A stretch of DNA of 64,000 nt from Antedon mediterranea (taxonomy: Eukaryota > Animalia > Echinodermata). The stretch lies in assembly GCF_964355755.1 (NCBI RefSeq), contig NC_092671.1:4278001-4342000 (forward strand), in the 5' to 3' direction. Below are positions 52,689 through 64,000 of the stretch, piece by piece. Position 1 is the first letter of the stretch; every line of letters begins with the position of its first letter. The notes below the pieces were generated by a model. It saw nothing but the letters and a program-made list of their open reading frames with translations, was not told where the DNA came from and did not search any database. The position numbers and the translations under genes were made by a program.

Positions 52689-53264
52689 TTTGCTTGAAAT
52701 TCACTAAGTTATCTTCTGCTTCGCAATTAAAAATGATCGTTTCGAATGAAGTGAAGTACATGGAGAAGTTTGTACTGTTTCTTATCGAGATAAATTTCTA
52801 CTCTGAAATAGCGTAACCATAACAAATCATAGCAACGACTTACAGTCAACAGAACGAATTCCTCCGAAAGATGTGAAATGTGAATCAGTCTTACTCAAGT
52901 GCTCACAAACTGAGACAATACATAGCAAAATAACAGAGGGCGCTCTATTGAACACTTTGGCAGAGCCATATATATAAATATATTTATATATATGGCTGTG
53001 CACTTTGGTGCGCTGTGGTAATTCAGCTGATAATTATTATCTATTGAAAATAAACGTATTACGAACTATATCCTTGACAATACTGAAATAATTACTAATA
53101 TATACGTCATGTATAATTTGTTGTCTTATCATTTTAATTATTAAACTACATTTATGAATCATTCATCATTCTCCTCATCGCCATCATATTACTTTAAACA
53201 TACAATTTGCTATTGCGCACGCAGACATTAGGCAAAACACAAGTACATTAACTAATTGCCAATT

Positions 53265-53346
53265 ATGTATAAATTATAAGTTCAGACACTGAAAGTAAGT
53301 GCAGATATTTTCCTCTTGATTATACTATATAGTACGGCAACAAATG
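53265..53346 (-). pseudogene. GPCR 3'-end fragment (copy of the 51621 gene tail)
   Basis: aaattataagttcagacactgaaagtaagtgcagatattttcctc..aacaaatg aligns to about 51610-51685. Confidence 0.7.
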
Positions 53347-53925
53347 GTGAATTATTTATAAATGTTTAATAATTAAAATGAAGAGACAATAGATTATACA
53401 TGACGTATATTTAGTAATTATTTCACACAAGTGCATTAACTAATTACTGCTTCCATAATCAATGAGTGGATAGGCCTATTAGTATTCATTAAGTTTAGTT
53501 TTGTAATGGATTATTTTTTACATAATTTCATAGTTTTACCATAAATAATACTCTTTTTCATTTTCCCTTTTCGATGAATTTTTTCAATTCATGTAAAAGG
53601 GCCATTAACCTTAATACAAAACATAAGATAATTATTTCTGCTTTCAAAAACAAAAGTAGACGTGTTAGTGATAAACATTAGTATAATCTTCGAATAAACT
53701 TGTTTCTTAAATCAATATAAAATATAGGCCTACATGTTCTCTTATATTTTTAGCTAAGCCTTCCCATCTTTCCTTTTTCAATTCCAAGCTATAATATCCC
53801 TAAACGTAACTTAGTCAATAATCTTCTTTGTTTAAAATTAATGAAATTGGTCAAATGATAACTTATAACTTATTTCGTTTTTATAAAGAGAGAGATTTTT
53901 AATACATTTTTTAAAAATATTCAGT

Positions 53926-54035
53926 GGAGATACCTCTTTACATATCAGGTCAAAGAAGAATAATCGACAATCGTTATTATATTATAAAACATTCACTGAC
54001 GATCAAAAATTGTCACCACCGAACTTGAGAGAGTA
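53926..54035 (-). pseudogene. GPCR ECL2/TM4 fragment
   Basis: gagatacctctttacatatcaggtca is a degraded reverse complement of the WPDMYRGIS codons; cttgagagagta matches the TLSR codons. Confidence 0.55.
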
Positions 54036-54289
54036 GGCTACTTACTCCACTTATAAGGTCATATGACGTTCGAGTTCAACGTAAATGTAAAGCCCAAAGA
54101 AACCCGTTAAATTTGCAACATGTCGGGGAACAGAAGTGACTCAACGATGTTTCGTAAACTTTCTCCGGTCCGGCAGGAGTTAACGGTTAGGCGGCTATTC
54201 TCGAAAATATTTGGTTTAATTCAACTTCGCTTCGTTTATTTGCCGACGCGGCTACATTCGAGAATCATTGGTTCTTTATACCCTGGCCC

Positions 54290-54500
54290 GGTTCCTTTTC
54301 CAGGTTGTCTATTGCCGTCCTTGAACTTTTTACAATAGTAGTTGCGTTAGAAACTTGGAGTGAAGCTCTCAAGAATCGTCGTATACTTTTCCGTTCGGAT
54401 AATAAGGCAGTAGTCGCCATTGTAAATAAGAAATCTTCGAAAGACATACTGCTGCTACGCCTTATTTGCCGTTTGGTACTGGACGCAATGGTCCCCGGAA
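54290..54500 (+). mobile_element. DIRS/Ngaro-type (tyrosine-recombinase retrotransposon) RNase H fragment
   Basis: IAVLELFTIVVALETW..RILFRSDNKAVVAIVNK.SSKD..LLRLIC resembles the DIRS RNase HI motifs (LEL, SDN..V..VNK). Confidence 0.7.
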
Positions 54501-54879
54501 CCACCGGTAGGTGGCGTTGTGCACGACTATAGCTTTAACGAGACAATCTAATTCATTTCGTAGCGGAATATCAGGAAATGACCTAAAATGCCGCAGATAT
54601 ATATGTCGCATGGAACGCTTTACAATGGTTTCAAGAGGGTTGGAAACTCTGAAAAACATACGAAACAGTACATAATAATCTGAGCCAAAAAGAACGTCAT
54701 CTTTGGCATGTCTTCGGAAGCATTAGGATGCTCGGAAATGTCCATTAAACAAAGAAAAGACGTCAACCCTGTTCTGATTGGTCGGTTAAAATGCTTACGT
54801 ATAATGTATTATGAAATAAATAAATATCCCAAACAAACAAATAGTATGTTTTCATTTCTTTTTTAAATTTGCTTTTTGT

Positions 54880-54985
54880 TAGAAACCTTAATTCATCTGG
54901 GATTTCATTCCAGAGCTTTGCACCAGAATACCTGATGGAATGTTGTCCTATATTTGTTCTATATTTTGGTACATACCATTTTTCT
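54880..54985 (-). mobile_element. LINE 3' remnant
   Basis: Minus strand encodes [19 protein letters not shown], a CR1/L2-like C-terminus. Confidence 0.6.
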
Positions 54986-55580
54986 CTAGTCTGAGACTGT
55001 CACGAAACCTTGCCAATTTAGTTATACAGAAAACAATTACAAATTACTTCAAGAACTTCTATCGTTATTTTAATTTTTTTTTCTTTTCTTTTAAACATTA
55101 ATACCTCAGGCTCAAACGAGCATTCATATGAAGTTTCACATTTAACCATTCAATAACATCTAATAAATAAATACCCGTTAACAATAAACGCATAAATAAA
55201 TATCTTACAAGTTCCCTTTACTCCCTCAATTATCTCTAGAGATGGCCTTTACCCCTTTCCTAATACTCAAAACCCAATTAAATACAATAAACAAATAAAT
55301 GAATACAACAATAAATAAATAATTACTTCTATTCCAAATACGCTCTACCCTAATTCCCCTATACGTATACTTGTATCATCTTTACACTTTACAATATTAT
55401 TATTCAATTAATTTCATCATATAAATCTCGAATTACCCTCTTAAATTACTATCCCCATTCCCTATGATCCAATTAATACAACACTTTCTCTATCTCGTCT
55501 TATATACTTCGATTATAAATCCTTCATCTTCTAATATATTTTAGCCACTAATTTTATCAATTTGTCTTATTTATGTTCGT

Positions 55581-55890
55581 TTCTTTTCCACATAATTATA
55601 TACTGTAATACTCGTTAATTCATAATTCAGTATCTATTCCATATTTATAATAACAAAACTTTGTTTCACACTATTTCTTAAATTCGTACCTTATTCTATT
55701 CTTTTCCACACACATAATATTCGTTATTTCATAATTCATCTATCTATTCCATATATATAATTAATTACAATAAGTTGTTTCACAATATTTCTTAAATTCA
55801 TATACTATTCTATTCTTTTCCACACATATAATATTTGTTATTTCATAATTCATCTATCTATTCCATATATATATATAATTACAATAAGTT
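55581..55890. repeat. Tandem repeat, about 115 bp x2.7
   Basis: ttcttttccaca..ttcataattca..tatctattccatat..tttcaca..tatttcttaaattc units. Confidence 0.8.
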
Positions 55891-56499
55891 TACACGTTGA
55901 TAATGCCATGTAAGTTCCAATCAGGTGACTATTTCACACACCAGTAGCCGTTGTATGTAACATTCCACGCATTATTTCTGTAACCATCCTTCTTTTCTTT
56001 AACGTCTTTCTTTAATGTCTCCAATTCAATGGCGTGTCGTACTAGTAGTAAGTTTTTCCTTTCCGTCTCGTTCAATTCCAATATCGTTACTATTCCGTAC
56101 TCACAAGTGTTCTGGTTGTCGGAGTCCTTTAGTTATAAATTCAATTAGTCAATCCGTTCTTCAATGTAGCCTACCACTCAATTAACAGTCGTAAAAAGAG
56201 ACCTCAGATTAGAAATTAAGGAGTTATTTATTACACGACTACAATATCGCTGAAGTGTGCATCAAATATCTATATCTCTTACTTTGTGGTTTTCTTTATT
56301 TTCTCCGCTTAGCAACTTATCAATGCAACAATAGTAGTTTGCCACACCCAATCAAGAAATGCAACACTCAGCTTACTCCCAACTCCTTGTTTTCAACCTC
56401 GCGCCGTTCCCGCACACACTTTATATACCAACCCATCATCCAATAAGAGGCCGCTACGCATGAATGACCCCCCTCATACGGTACAATGAAACAAAAATT

Positions 56500-57250
56500 A
56501 AATCACTTGTGACAGAGACCTTGATGAATAAAATTGATAAATGGTGTAAAACTAATAGATTAACTATTAATACAACCAAGACTACGTATATGTTATTTAG
56601 TGGAGAGAATACCAACATTGACACATCCCAATTTGTACTTTCAATAAATAACAGAGTACCATATACTAAATTTCTCGGTGTCATCATTGATGAAAAACTG
56701 AACTTTAGACACCATACAAATGCAGTTTCTTGTAAAGCATCCTCAATAATTGGTGCCATGTGTCAAATAAAAAATGTAGTATCCACTGAAGTGTTACTTA
56801 CCATATACAAGACACATATATTACCAGTGTTAACATAATGGTATTATTGTATGGGGTGCGGGAAACAAAGAAAATATGGACCGCCTTCTTTTGCTTCAGA
56901 AAAAAGCTCTTAGGATCATCTGTAAGGTAGACTTTCATCATCTCAGCTCAGATAACGGGCACATTTAATATACTTGATTTGTATAAAAACAGTGTTTTAA
57001 ATTTCATGTTTAATACCAAAAAGGACAACTTCCAAAATGTTTTAATTCTTTATTCAGTTTACTTGATAATTATCATACATATAACACTCGAAATAAATTA
57101 TTGTATAAAATTAAAATCAACTAATATAGGTCAGCAAAGTAAAGCATATAGAGGACCTAAGCTTATAAGGAATATAAGAGTAAAAGAGAGAGTAAAAATA
57201 TACCAATATTTAAAAATCTATAACTAAATAAATGCATTAATAGTTATAAA
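56500..57250 (+). mobile_element. 5'-truncated LINE (CR1/L2-like) RT C-terminal remnant
   Basis: KWCKTNRLTINTTKTTYMLF..KFLGVIIDEKLNFRHH..LTIYKTHILP, then GIIVWG..LLLLQKKALRII; broken by stops and frameshifts. Confidence 0.82.
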
Positions 57251-57525
57251 GAAACAATATATCTTTGTGAAAACAACATTTGTAAAATATGTCTAACTAA
57301 ATAACATATTCATCATCGTGTATCTTTATCGTCTCAAATTAATTAGTTACTTTTTCGTATATATTCTGAGACTGTGATGTATATATATATTAATTTATTT
57401 ACTAATGAAAACATTTTTGTAATAAATTTGTAAATTTATATTTTAATTTAGGGTGCCACAGATAAAAAGCTTTGCTTGCTTGTTATCCTGTTTTTCACAC
57501 TTTCTTGTACTTAATTTAATTTTTT

Positions 57526-57652
57526 TTCTAAAACCGTTATTTAATCCATTATATATCAAAGGATTTACAAATGAAGAATTTAGTGATCGAATATGTTAGA
57601 AATCGACAAATACTTAAAAATAATCACCCGATCCATGTTGGAAAAGTATATA
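57526..57652 (-). pseudogene. GPCR TM7 fragment
   Basis: tctaaaaccg..cattatatatcaaaggatttaca..gttagaaatcgacaaata..acccgatcca aligns to about 41790-41905. Confidence 0.65.
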
Positions 57653-57937
57653 ATAACAATTCTGACAATGATAAAATGTGGGCGCCACTATAAACAAAGT
57701 AATTTAAAATGTATAGGTATACGGTGGTTTTATTAAAGCTTTAGGCCTAAAGCTTCCTTATATGGAGAGTGTTGTAAGCTGATAGCCTATATCACCATTA
57801 TCTTATTTCCGCTCTGTCGGGAAAAAAACAATTAGCCTAAGTATTGTTATTTTTTCCCTATTTATTAAATATTATAATATTCAATAATAAAAATTCCTTA
57901 TCATTCGTGAAGGATGTAAAATAATAATTCTCTATCT

Positions 57938-58951
57938 TTATTCACAGCAAAAAACGTCAACAAATGCTTGTCTAAAAGCCATATTCATTATATTATATAT
58001 TAGAGGATTTACAGCAGAATTTAAATATATTAGAAATCGAAAAATATTGGAAAATAAAGAATAACCCGATCCAAGAATGTTTAAAAAGTTTAATATTTCA
58101 AACAAATAAAATGGTTTTCCGAGGGTAACATAAACTGCCAACCAAACAATTTTCCTTTCGGATTTAGAATGGAAATTGTTGCACCGGTGGCGGATTGGAA
58201 GCACATTGCGGGATCTTCTTACAGAATAGAGCATAAGTAAATATAAAATTACAATAATTATAATTAGCAAAATATTTACACAGTTCAGAATCCACAAAAC
58301 CATATATCGTTTATCGTGATTAATATCACATATAGTTGCACGATTTGAGATACCTCTATACATATCAGGCCAAGGAAAAATGATGGAAACGCGTACAATA
58401 TATACAAATACAACAGTGTTCACCGTCAAACAAAAAATCCATATTACTGCACACATTTTAACAGATCTTGAGAGAATACCGAATCCACTTCCTATAAACC
58501 AATAAGGTTTACAAACTGCTATGTAACGTTCAATAGAAAGCAAAAAAATCGTTAAAACTCCTACGTGCCCGGCACAAGTACGGAAATAATAAAACAGTCC
58601 ACAATCCAAGTTATTCATTTCCACTTTATCAATCGTATAGTTTACCGGTATTAGATCTTCGCTTATCCATATTTTAATTGGTGCCAAAATTAAAATCATA
58701 ATATCAGCTAATGCTAAATTTGCTAGATACACGTAAACTGGTTTGTGCAATTTACTCACCATAACGATAAATGCCATTATGTTGTTGACAATGCCAAAAG
58801 CAGCAACAACAGGAGTAATATAGTTAATCAAAATCCTCTCAAAGTCACTAGGAAGGAACATATCAATGTATGTATCAAATAGACTCGTTTTAGATGTTAA
58901 ATTCTCGTGTTCGGATGCACCATAGGATACATTGTCGACTGCAAGTGACAT
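57938..58951 (-). CDS. Class A 7TM GPCR, 337 aa, with in-frame deletions (possibly decaying)
   Basis: Open ORF with LALAD, SIERY, NPLIYN; about 5-aa deletion in TM6, GIVNN instead of GIVGN, short tail ending DVFCCE. Confidence 0.78.
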   Translation of the reverse strand: MSLAVDNVSYGASEHENLTSKTSLFDTYIDMFLPSDFERILINYITPVVAAFGIVNNIMAFIVMVSKLHKPVYVYLANLALADIMILILAPIKIWISEDLIPVNYTIDKVEMNNLDCGLFYYFRTCAGHVGVLTIFLLSIERYIAVCKPYWFIGSGFGILSRSVKMCAVIWIFCLTVNTVVFVYIVRVSIIFPWPDMYRGISNRATICDINHDKRYMVLWILNCVNILLIIIIVILYLLMLYSVRRSRNVLPIRHRCNNFHSKSERKIVWLAVYVTLGKPFYLFEILNFLNILGSGYSLFSNIFRFLIYLNSAVNPLIYNIMNMAFRQAFVDVFCCE

Positions 58952-59510
58952 TTCTTTGTTTTAGAAGAATTCCCACAAAAATTACAATACAAGAAAACGT
59001 GAACGGTAACGATGATTGAAGTAAGACGCCAGTGACCTGATAACAAATGCTGTACAAAATCTCTCATACAGTCCTAATGCTGGTTTGTCAGAATTCTATT
59101 GAGTAGAGGGACGTGTTCAAACTTACAGTGTACACCTATTTTATAGTTCAGATGACAATAATAAAATGTGGGCGTTACTATGCACAATCGTGATTTTAAA
59201 ATATATTGGTATACGGTGGTTTTACTAAACTTAACGTATCATATTCAAATGTAGACGTGACGAATGAGAATTTAATTCAGAGAATTAGTTATCGGTGGAA
59301 TGTAGCCACACCTATTTACCACCAATAAGGAAAAATGACTTTAATTATAATGATATGTACTTGATAAACAGGCCATCGTTGTTGTTTAACAATATATATT
59401 TTTATTTAATATCTTTAGGCACATGTGGCAAAAGATTACCAACAGTAAATTATAATCACTGTCCTATCAGACAGGTGGTAATCCCTCTGATACAGGAGAT
59501 ATTTTGTGAA

Positions 59511-59719
59511 CCAGTTAACCGGGGTAACCTCATACACGTCTCGAATGATGAACTGGGTTCTTTAAAGTGCACACAGGTTATAACTGTGTACACTGGACCT
59601 ATGGTTTATAGTCCTTATCCGAGGAGACTTGTTCCACCACCAGAACTAGGAGCGATTCAGCCTCGAACCATTGCCGATGTTGTTGGCTCTTTAGGTAACC
59701 GATCGGCCATTTGACTCGC
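59511..59719 (-). mobile_element. tRNA-derived SINE with a Nin/Deu-like domain (co-duplicated copy; partial copy at 63294-63388)
   Basis: Minus strand: gcgagtcaaatggccgatcgg..ggttcgaggc..ctcggataaggactataaaccataggtcc..cactttaaagaaccc..gttaccccgg. Confidence 0.72.
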
Positions 59720-60654
59720 GGATGACTAAAATACACTCACTTCTATAACACATACAGCATATTACAATATTTAAAAGCATTTTTTAAAAATAAGGTTAAA
59801 CATATATAAATACAAAAATGTAAAATTATTCTTTTACATAAATGCTAATTTGTTATTAATATATAGGCCTAGTAAACCTAAGAAAAAATTGCGACTTTAT
59901 CTAAATGAACATCATAACAAACAGACTACATAATTTTAGGTATGAATATCAGTTTCGAGGCATTTCATAACATCAGACCCAAAGATGCAATCTGACCATC
60001 GCATGATCCTCGTTTTTTATTTCTTCGAAAAAAATGATAAATACAATTGTTTGTACGCTTTAAAGTTTCCTTATATGGATAGTGGTGTATGCTGATAGGC
60101 TTACATCACCATTATTTTATTTCCGCTATGTCGGGAAAGAAACAATTAAGCATTATTTTTTACAAATTTATTCATTATTTTTTTACAAAAAAAATAAATT
60201 AAAAAAAAAATATTTTACTTATCATATGATGTGCAGGATGTAATATAATCTTAGGATCACAGTCATTATTACATAACTACATAATCGGAGTTCGTGATAA
60301 TCCTATGATGTACGGTAATCTGAGTATAAAAACGGTGTCATATAAAAGTCACACAATCTGTGAAAAATGTTTCCTTCTTAGATGTAATACTAGGATCGGA
60401 TGCTTGACGATTTGCTACCTGTACGGAATTTACTTAAAGCATAAAGTATACCAAAGAATATTATAAGAATGAGAGCAATCCGCAATTTCTCTGCCACACT
60501 AATGTTTCGCAGAGTCATAATAATTAACTGGCTCTGGTTTTCCGTGGAGTAGGGCATCGACAAGTTTTTGTGGCGGTTATACTAATCTAAGCCCGGACAA
60601 AGGGGTTTTATGATAAAAATGTTATCAACTATACATATGCTAACATCATGTTAA

Positions 60655-60970
60655 ATGCCACATCATCATTGTCACCATCTTCAAACGTCACTATCCTTAT
60701 CACCATACCCTCATCATTGTCACCATTATCATTTTCATCATCATCATTGCCACCATCGTCAAACGTCACCATCTTCATCATCATTGTCACTATTACCATT
60801 GTCACCATCATCGTTTTCACCATCATCATTGTCACCATTGTCAAACGTAATCATCCACATCATCATTGTCACCATCGTCAGACTTAACCATCCTCGTCAC
60901 CATTGTCACCATTATCAACGTCATCATCCTCGTCATCATTATCATGGTCACCATCTTCATTGTTGGCATT
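60655..60970. repeat. (CAT)-rich compound minisatellite, paralog of 40437
   Basis: Same units and same right junction ttgttggcattcacacggtgtttgataaagaaagaca. Confidence 0.9.
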
Positions 60971-61066
60971 CACACGGTGTTTGATAAAGAAAGACAATTT
61001 TTCATTTATTTTTTTGCACAAATAATTATTAACCAAAAGCAACTGGAAATAAAGCCTAATATTTAA

Positions 61067-61336
61067 AGATGTATTGTCCCTTAAAAACATGAAAATGGAT
61101 TTTGTATAGGCCATTTTGTAGTTATAACAAAGTTAATCACTTCCATAGAAAAAAACCCGAAAAAATATGATTTCACTTACAAAATGACAAAATAAACAAT
61201 TCAATTCAATCAGAAACTCACTGACTTCCAGCCAATTTGACTATTTAAAAAAAAATTACAGTTTTCAGGTAAATAATCCAGGTAATAACAATTATGTGAC
61301 ATTAAAATGGCATATAAAAAAAGGGACAATACATCT
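61067..61336. mobile_element. Kolobok-like non-autonomous DNA transposon
   Basis: TTAA|AGATGTATTGTCCC...GGGACAATACATCT|TTAA. Confidence 0.75.
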
Positions 61337-61868
61337 TTAATAAATTTAATTATAAACATTAATTTTTCTATACAATAATAAAACAATTAAACAGTCCATT
61401 AAGCAGATTTACTGGATTTTACGTTTTGTATAGAATACACTTATATTTATGTTAACGTTATCCTCTTCCATTCCCTATGAAGGTACGTATCTATAAACGC
61501 ATCAAATACAGATGGAAGTGAAATTTTGTTTTAAATGGTTTCTAATGTTAATAACAATAGAAGTAATAATGAAGTGGGTCCTTCTTGAAATAAAAGTCAA
61601 AGATACATTATAAGGACGATAATTGTGATTTCTTATGCACTTTTAGAGGTGCAGTATTTTTAAAAGCAATGACAAAAAGTATTGCAAGACGTTCATAAGT
61701 AAGACTGAAACAAGTTTAGACGTAAATATGTTGAAATGAAATTATTCATTAATTAATGTTTTTAAAAGATTTAAAAATATACGGTAATCTATCATGTTTG
61801 CTAATGAAGTAAGTAATAATTTTAATTCCGGCATAGATTAAATAAAAGTAAAGTATAAATTGGTAAAA

Positions 61869-62924
61869 TCATCTAATCAATCTCGTTCGAATTCTTCTGT
61901 AGAAAACGTCAACAAACTCTCGTCTAAAACCGTCATTCACTACATTATATATCAAAGGATTTACAGCAGAATTTAGAAATGTTAAAAATCGACAAATATT
62001 TAAAAATAAACTATCACGCGATCCAAGAATGTTAGTAAAGTATAATATTCCAAACAAATAAAGTGGTTTCACAAGGGCAACATAGACTGTGAATGTCACA
62101 CAAACTGTCCAGAATATTTTCCTTTCAGATTTAGAACGTGGGTCGTTCTCACGTGAATTTGATACTATGTTGAGGGATTTTCTTATAGAATAGAGCATAA
62201 GTGAATATAAAATTACCATACTTATAATTAGCAACATATTCACAGTTACGTTCAAAATCAACAAAATTAAATAGAGTTTATTGTATCTTGGATGAATACC
62301 ACATATAGTTGCACGATTTGTAATACCTCTATACATATCAGGCCATGGAAGAATAATAGAAACGCGTATAGCATACACAAAGGCTAAAGTGTTCACAGAC
62401 AAACCGAAAATCCATATAACTGCACACATTTTAACGGATCTTGAAGGAGTACCAAATGCACTTGTTTTATATTCAATAGGTCTGCAAACTGCCATATAAC
62501 GTTCAATGGAAAGCCAAAAAATCGTTAAAACTCCTACATGCCCGGCACAAGTACTGAAATAATCAAACTGTCCGCATTCAAAGTTGTGAAATTCCGCTTT
62601 ATCAATTTTATAGTTTACCGGTATCAGATCTTCGCTTATCCATATTTTAATTGGTGCCACAATTAAAATGATCGTATCAGCTATTGCCAAATTGGCTAGA
62701 TACACGTACGCTGGTGTGTGTAATTTACTCACTATAACGATAAATGTCATTATGTTGCCGACAATGCCAAATGCAACAACAACAGGAGCAATACAGTTAA
62801 TCAAAATCCTCTCGAAGTCACTAGGAAGGAACATATCAATGTATACATCAAATAGACTCGTGTTAGATGTTAAATTCCCGTGTTCAGATGCACCATAGGA
62901 TGTATTGTCGACCGAAAGTGACAT
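61869..62924 (-). CDS. Class A 7TM GPCR, single-exon CDS, 351 aa
   Basis: GIVGN, LAIAD, SIERY, PWPDMYRGITNRATIC, NPLIYN; C-terminus nearly identical to the 41739 paralog. Confidence 0.92.
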   Translation of the reverse strand: MSLSVDNTSYGASEHGNLTSNTSLFDVYIDMFLPSDFERILINCIAPVVVAFGIVGNIMTFIVIVSKLHTPAYVYLANLAIADTIILIVAPIKIWISEDLIPVNYKIDKAEFHNFECGQFDYFSTCAGHVGVLTIFWLSIERYMAVCRPIEYKTSAFGTPSRSVKMCAVIWIFGLSVNTLAFVYAIRVSIILPWPDMYRGITNRATICGIHPRYNKLYLILLILNVTVNMLLIISMVILYSLMLYSIRKSLNIVSNSRENDPRSKSERKIFWTVCVTFTVYVALVKPLYLFGILYFTNILGSRDSLFLNICRFLTFLNSAVNPLIYNVVNDGFRREFVDVFYRRIRTRLIR

Positions 62925-64000
62925 TTCTTTGTTTTCCCCACTGAATTGCTAACAAAATACTGTACACAATCTCCCAAAACAGTCCTAATAATGGTGCTTT
63001 GCCAGAATTCTTTTTAGTAGAGGGACGCGTTCAAACTCACACTACATCTAGGCTATATAACAGGTCCAGATTCTACTGACAATGATAAAATGTGGGAGTT
63101 ACTATGCACGAACGTGAAATGTACTGTACTGTAGGTTTTTACTAAACTCAACATTGTATCCTATTCAAAATAGACTTGACGAATGTAAATTGAATTCAAA
63201 GAATAATGTTAGCGGTGAAATGAAGCCACACCTGTTCACCGCCAATTTTGTACTGTATTGTTTACCGTTGATATAATAAATGTTGAATGTTGTGTAGTCC
63301 TTATCCAAGAAGACTTGTTCCACCACCAACTATAGGAGCGTGTCGGCCTCGAACCCATGCCGATGATATTGTTGGCTCATTAGGTAAACCTAGAACAAAT
63401 TGCAACATGTAAATGAAAATGAAACAAACAAACAGATGATAGACCCCTCTGCAACTTTAATTTATGAATATTAGTTTCGAGGCATTTCATAACATCCGAC
63501 CCAAAATTGCTATCTGCGGACCGACCTCGTTTTTTATTTCTTTGAAAAAATTGATAAATATAATTGTTTGTACGCTTTAAGCTTCCTTATATGGACATTT
63601 TTGTAAACATCGCCATAATTTTATTATCTGATTTCCGCTATGTGGGAAAGAAACAATAAAGTAGTGTTATTTTTTAACAATTTTATTTACTTCTTATACT
63701 TTCTTACCATATGATTTGCCTTGCTTAAACATAACTTAGGATGAGAGTATTACATTTGTTTTAGTTTTTCTTTTACAATTACCTGACTTCATTAACAGAA
63801 ATATAAATGTCAATATTTATTGTGTAAAAAGAAAGACTTAACAAGAGAAAAACCACTATAAGTTGTAGGTCTATCATATTGTTGATTAATTATATCGTCC
63901 TATATATCACTAAAAAACCATTGGAAACTAATTATTTTTATCACATAGGGCCTTAGTAGTGAAACAGTATCTCCATCATATAACAAACCCTTTGTTCTTG

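Noticed and set aside
59295-59714. 139-aa ORF
   Set aside because: Non-ATG start; spans the shared upstream module and the antisense SINE; the paralogous copies carry indels
59640-59719. Possible tRNA gene (A and B boxes)
   Set aside because: No cloverleaf found; it is the head of a SINE

Overview
AT-rich animal genomic DNA with spliceosomal GT-AG introns; an invertebrate, possibly an echinoderm (inferred from repeat types and GPCR style, not shown). The left half holds two conserved minus-strand housekeeping genes reconstructed by hand: DENND5/Rab6IP1 (20 coding exons, 4450-23893, about 1330 aa, DENN-RUN-PLAT-RUN) and CDC37 (9 coding exons, 27366-32362, about 401 aa, perfect heat-shock element upstream). 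The right half (about 32.8-64 kb) is a birth-and-death array of rhodopsin-class (class A) GPCRs with single-exon CDS: 5 open ORFs, 1 frameshifted pseudogene and at least 4 fragments. It was built by segmental duplication of a cassette carrying a shared upstream module, a tRNA-derived Nin/Deu-type SINE and other repeats. The receptors keep a near-invariant ECL2 motif (PWPDMYRGxxNRATxC), lack the TM6 CWxP tryptophan and look mosaic; this array is the best candidate for an undescribed system, possibly chemosensory. Many non-autonomous DNA transposons, LINE remnants and a DIRS-like RNase H fragment are also present. No rRNA, tRNA, CRISPR or prokaryote-type system was seen. All coordinates were read manually.
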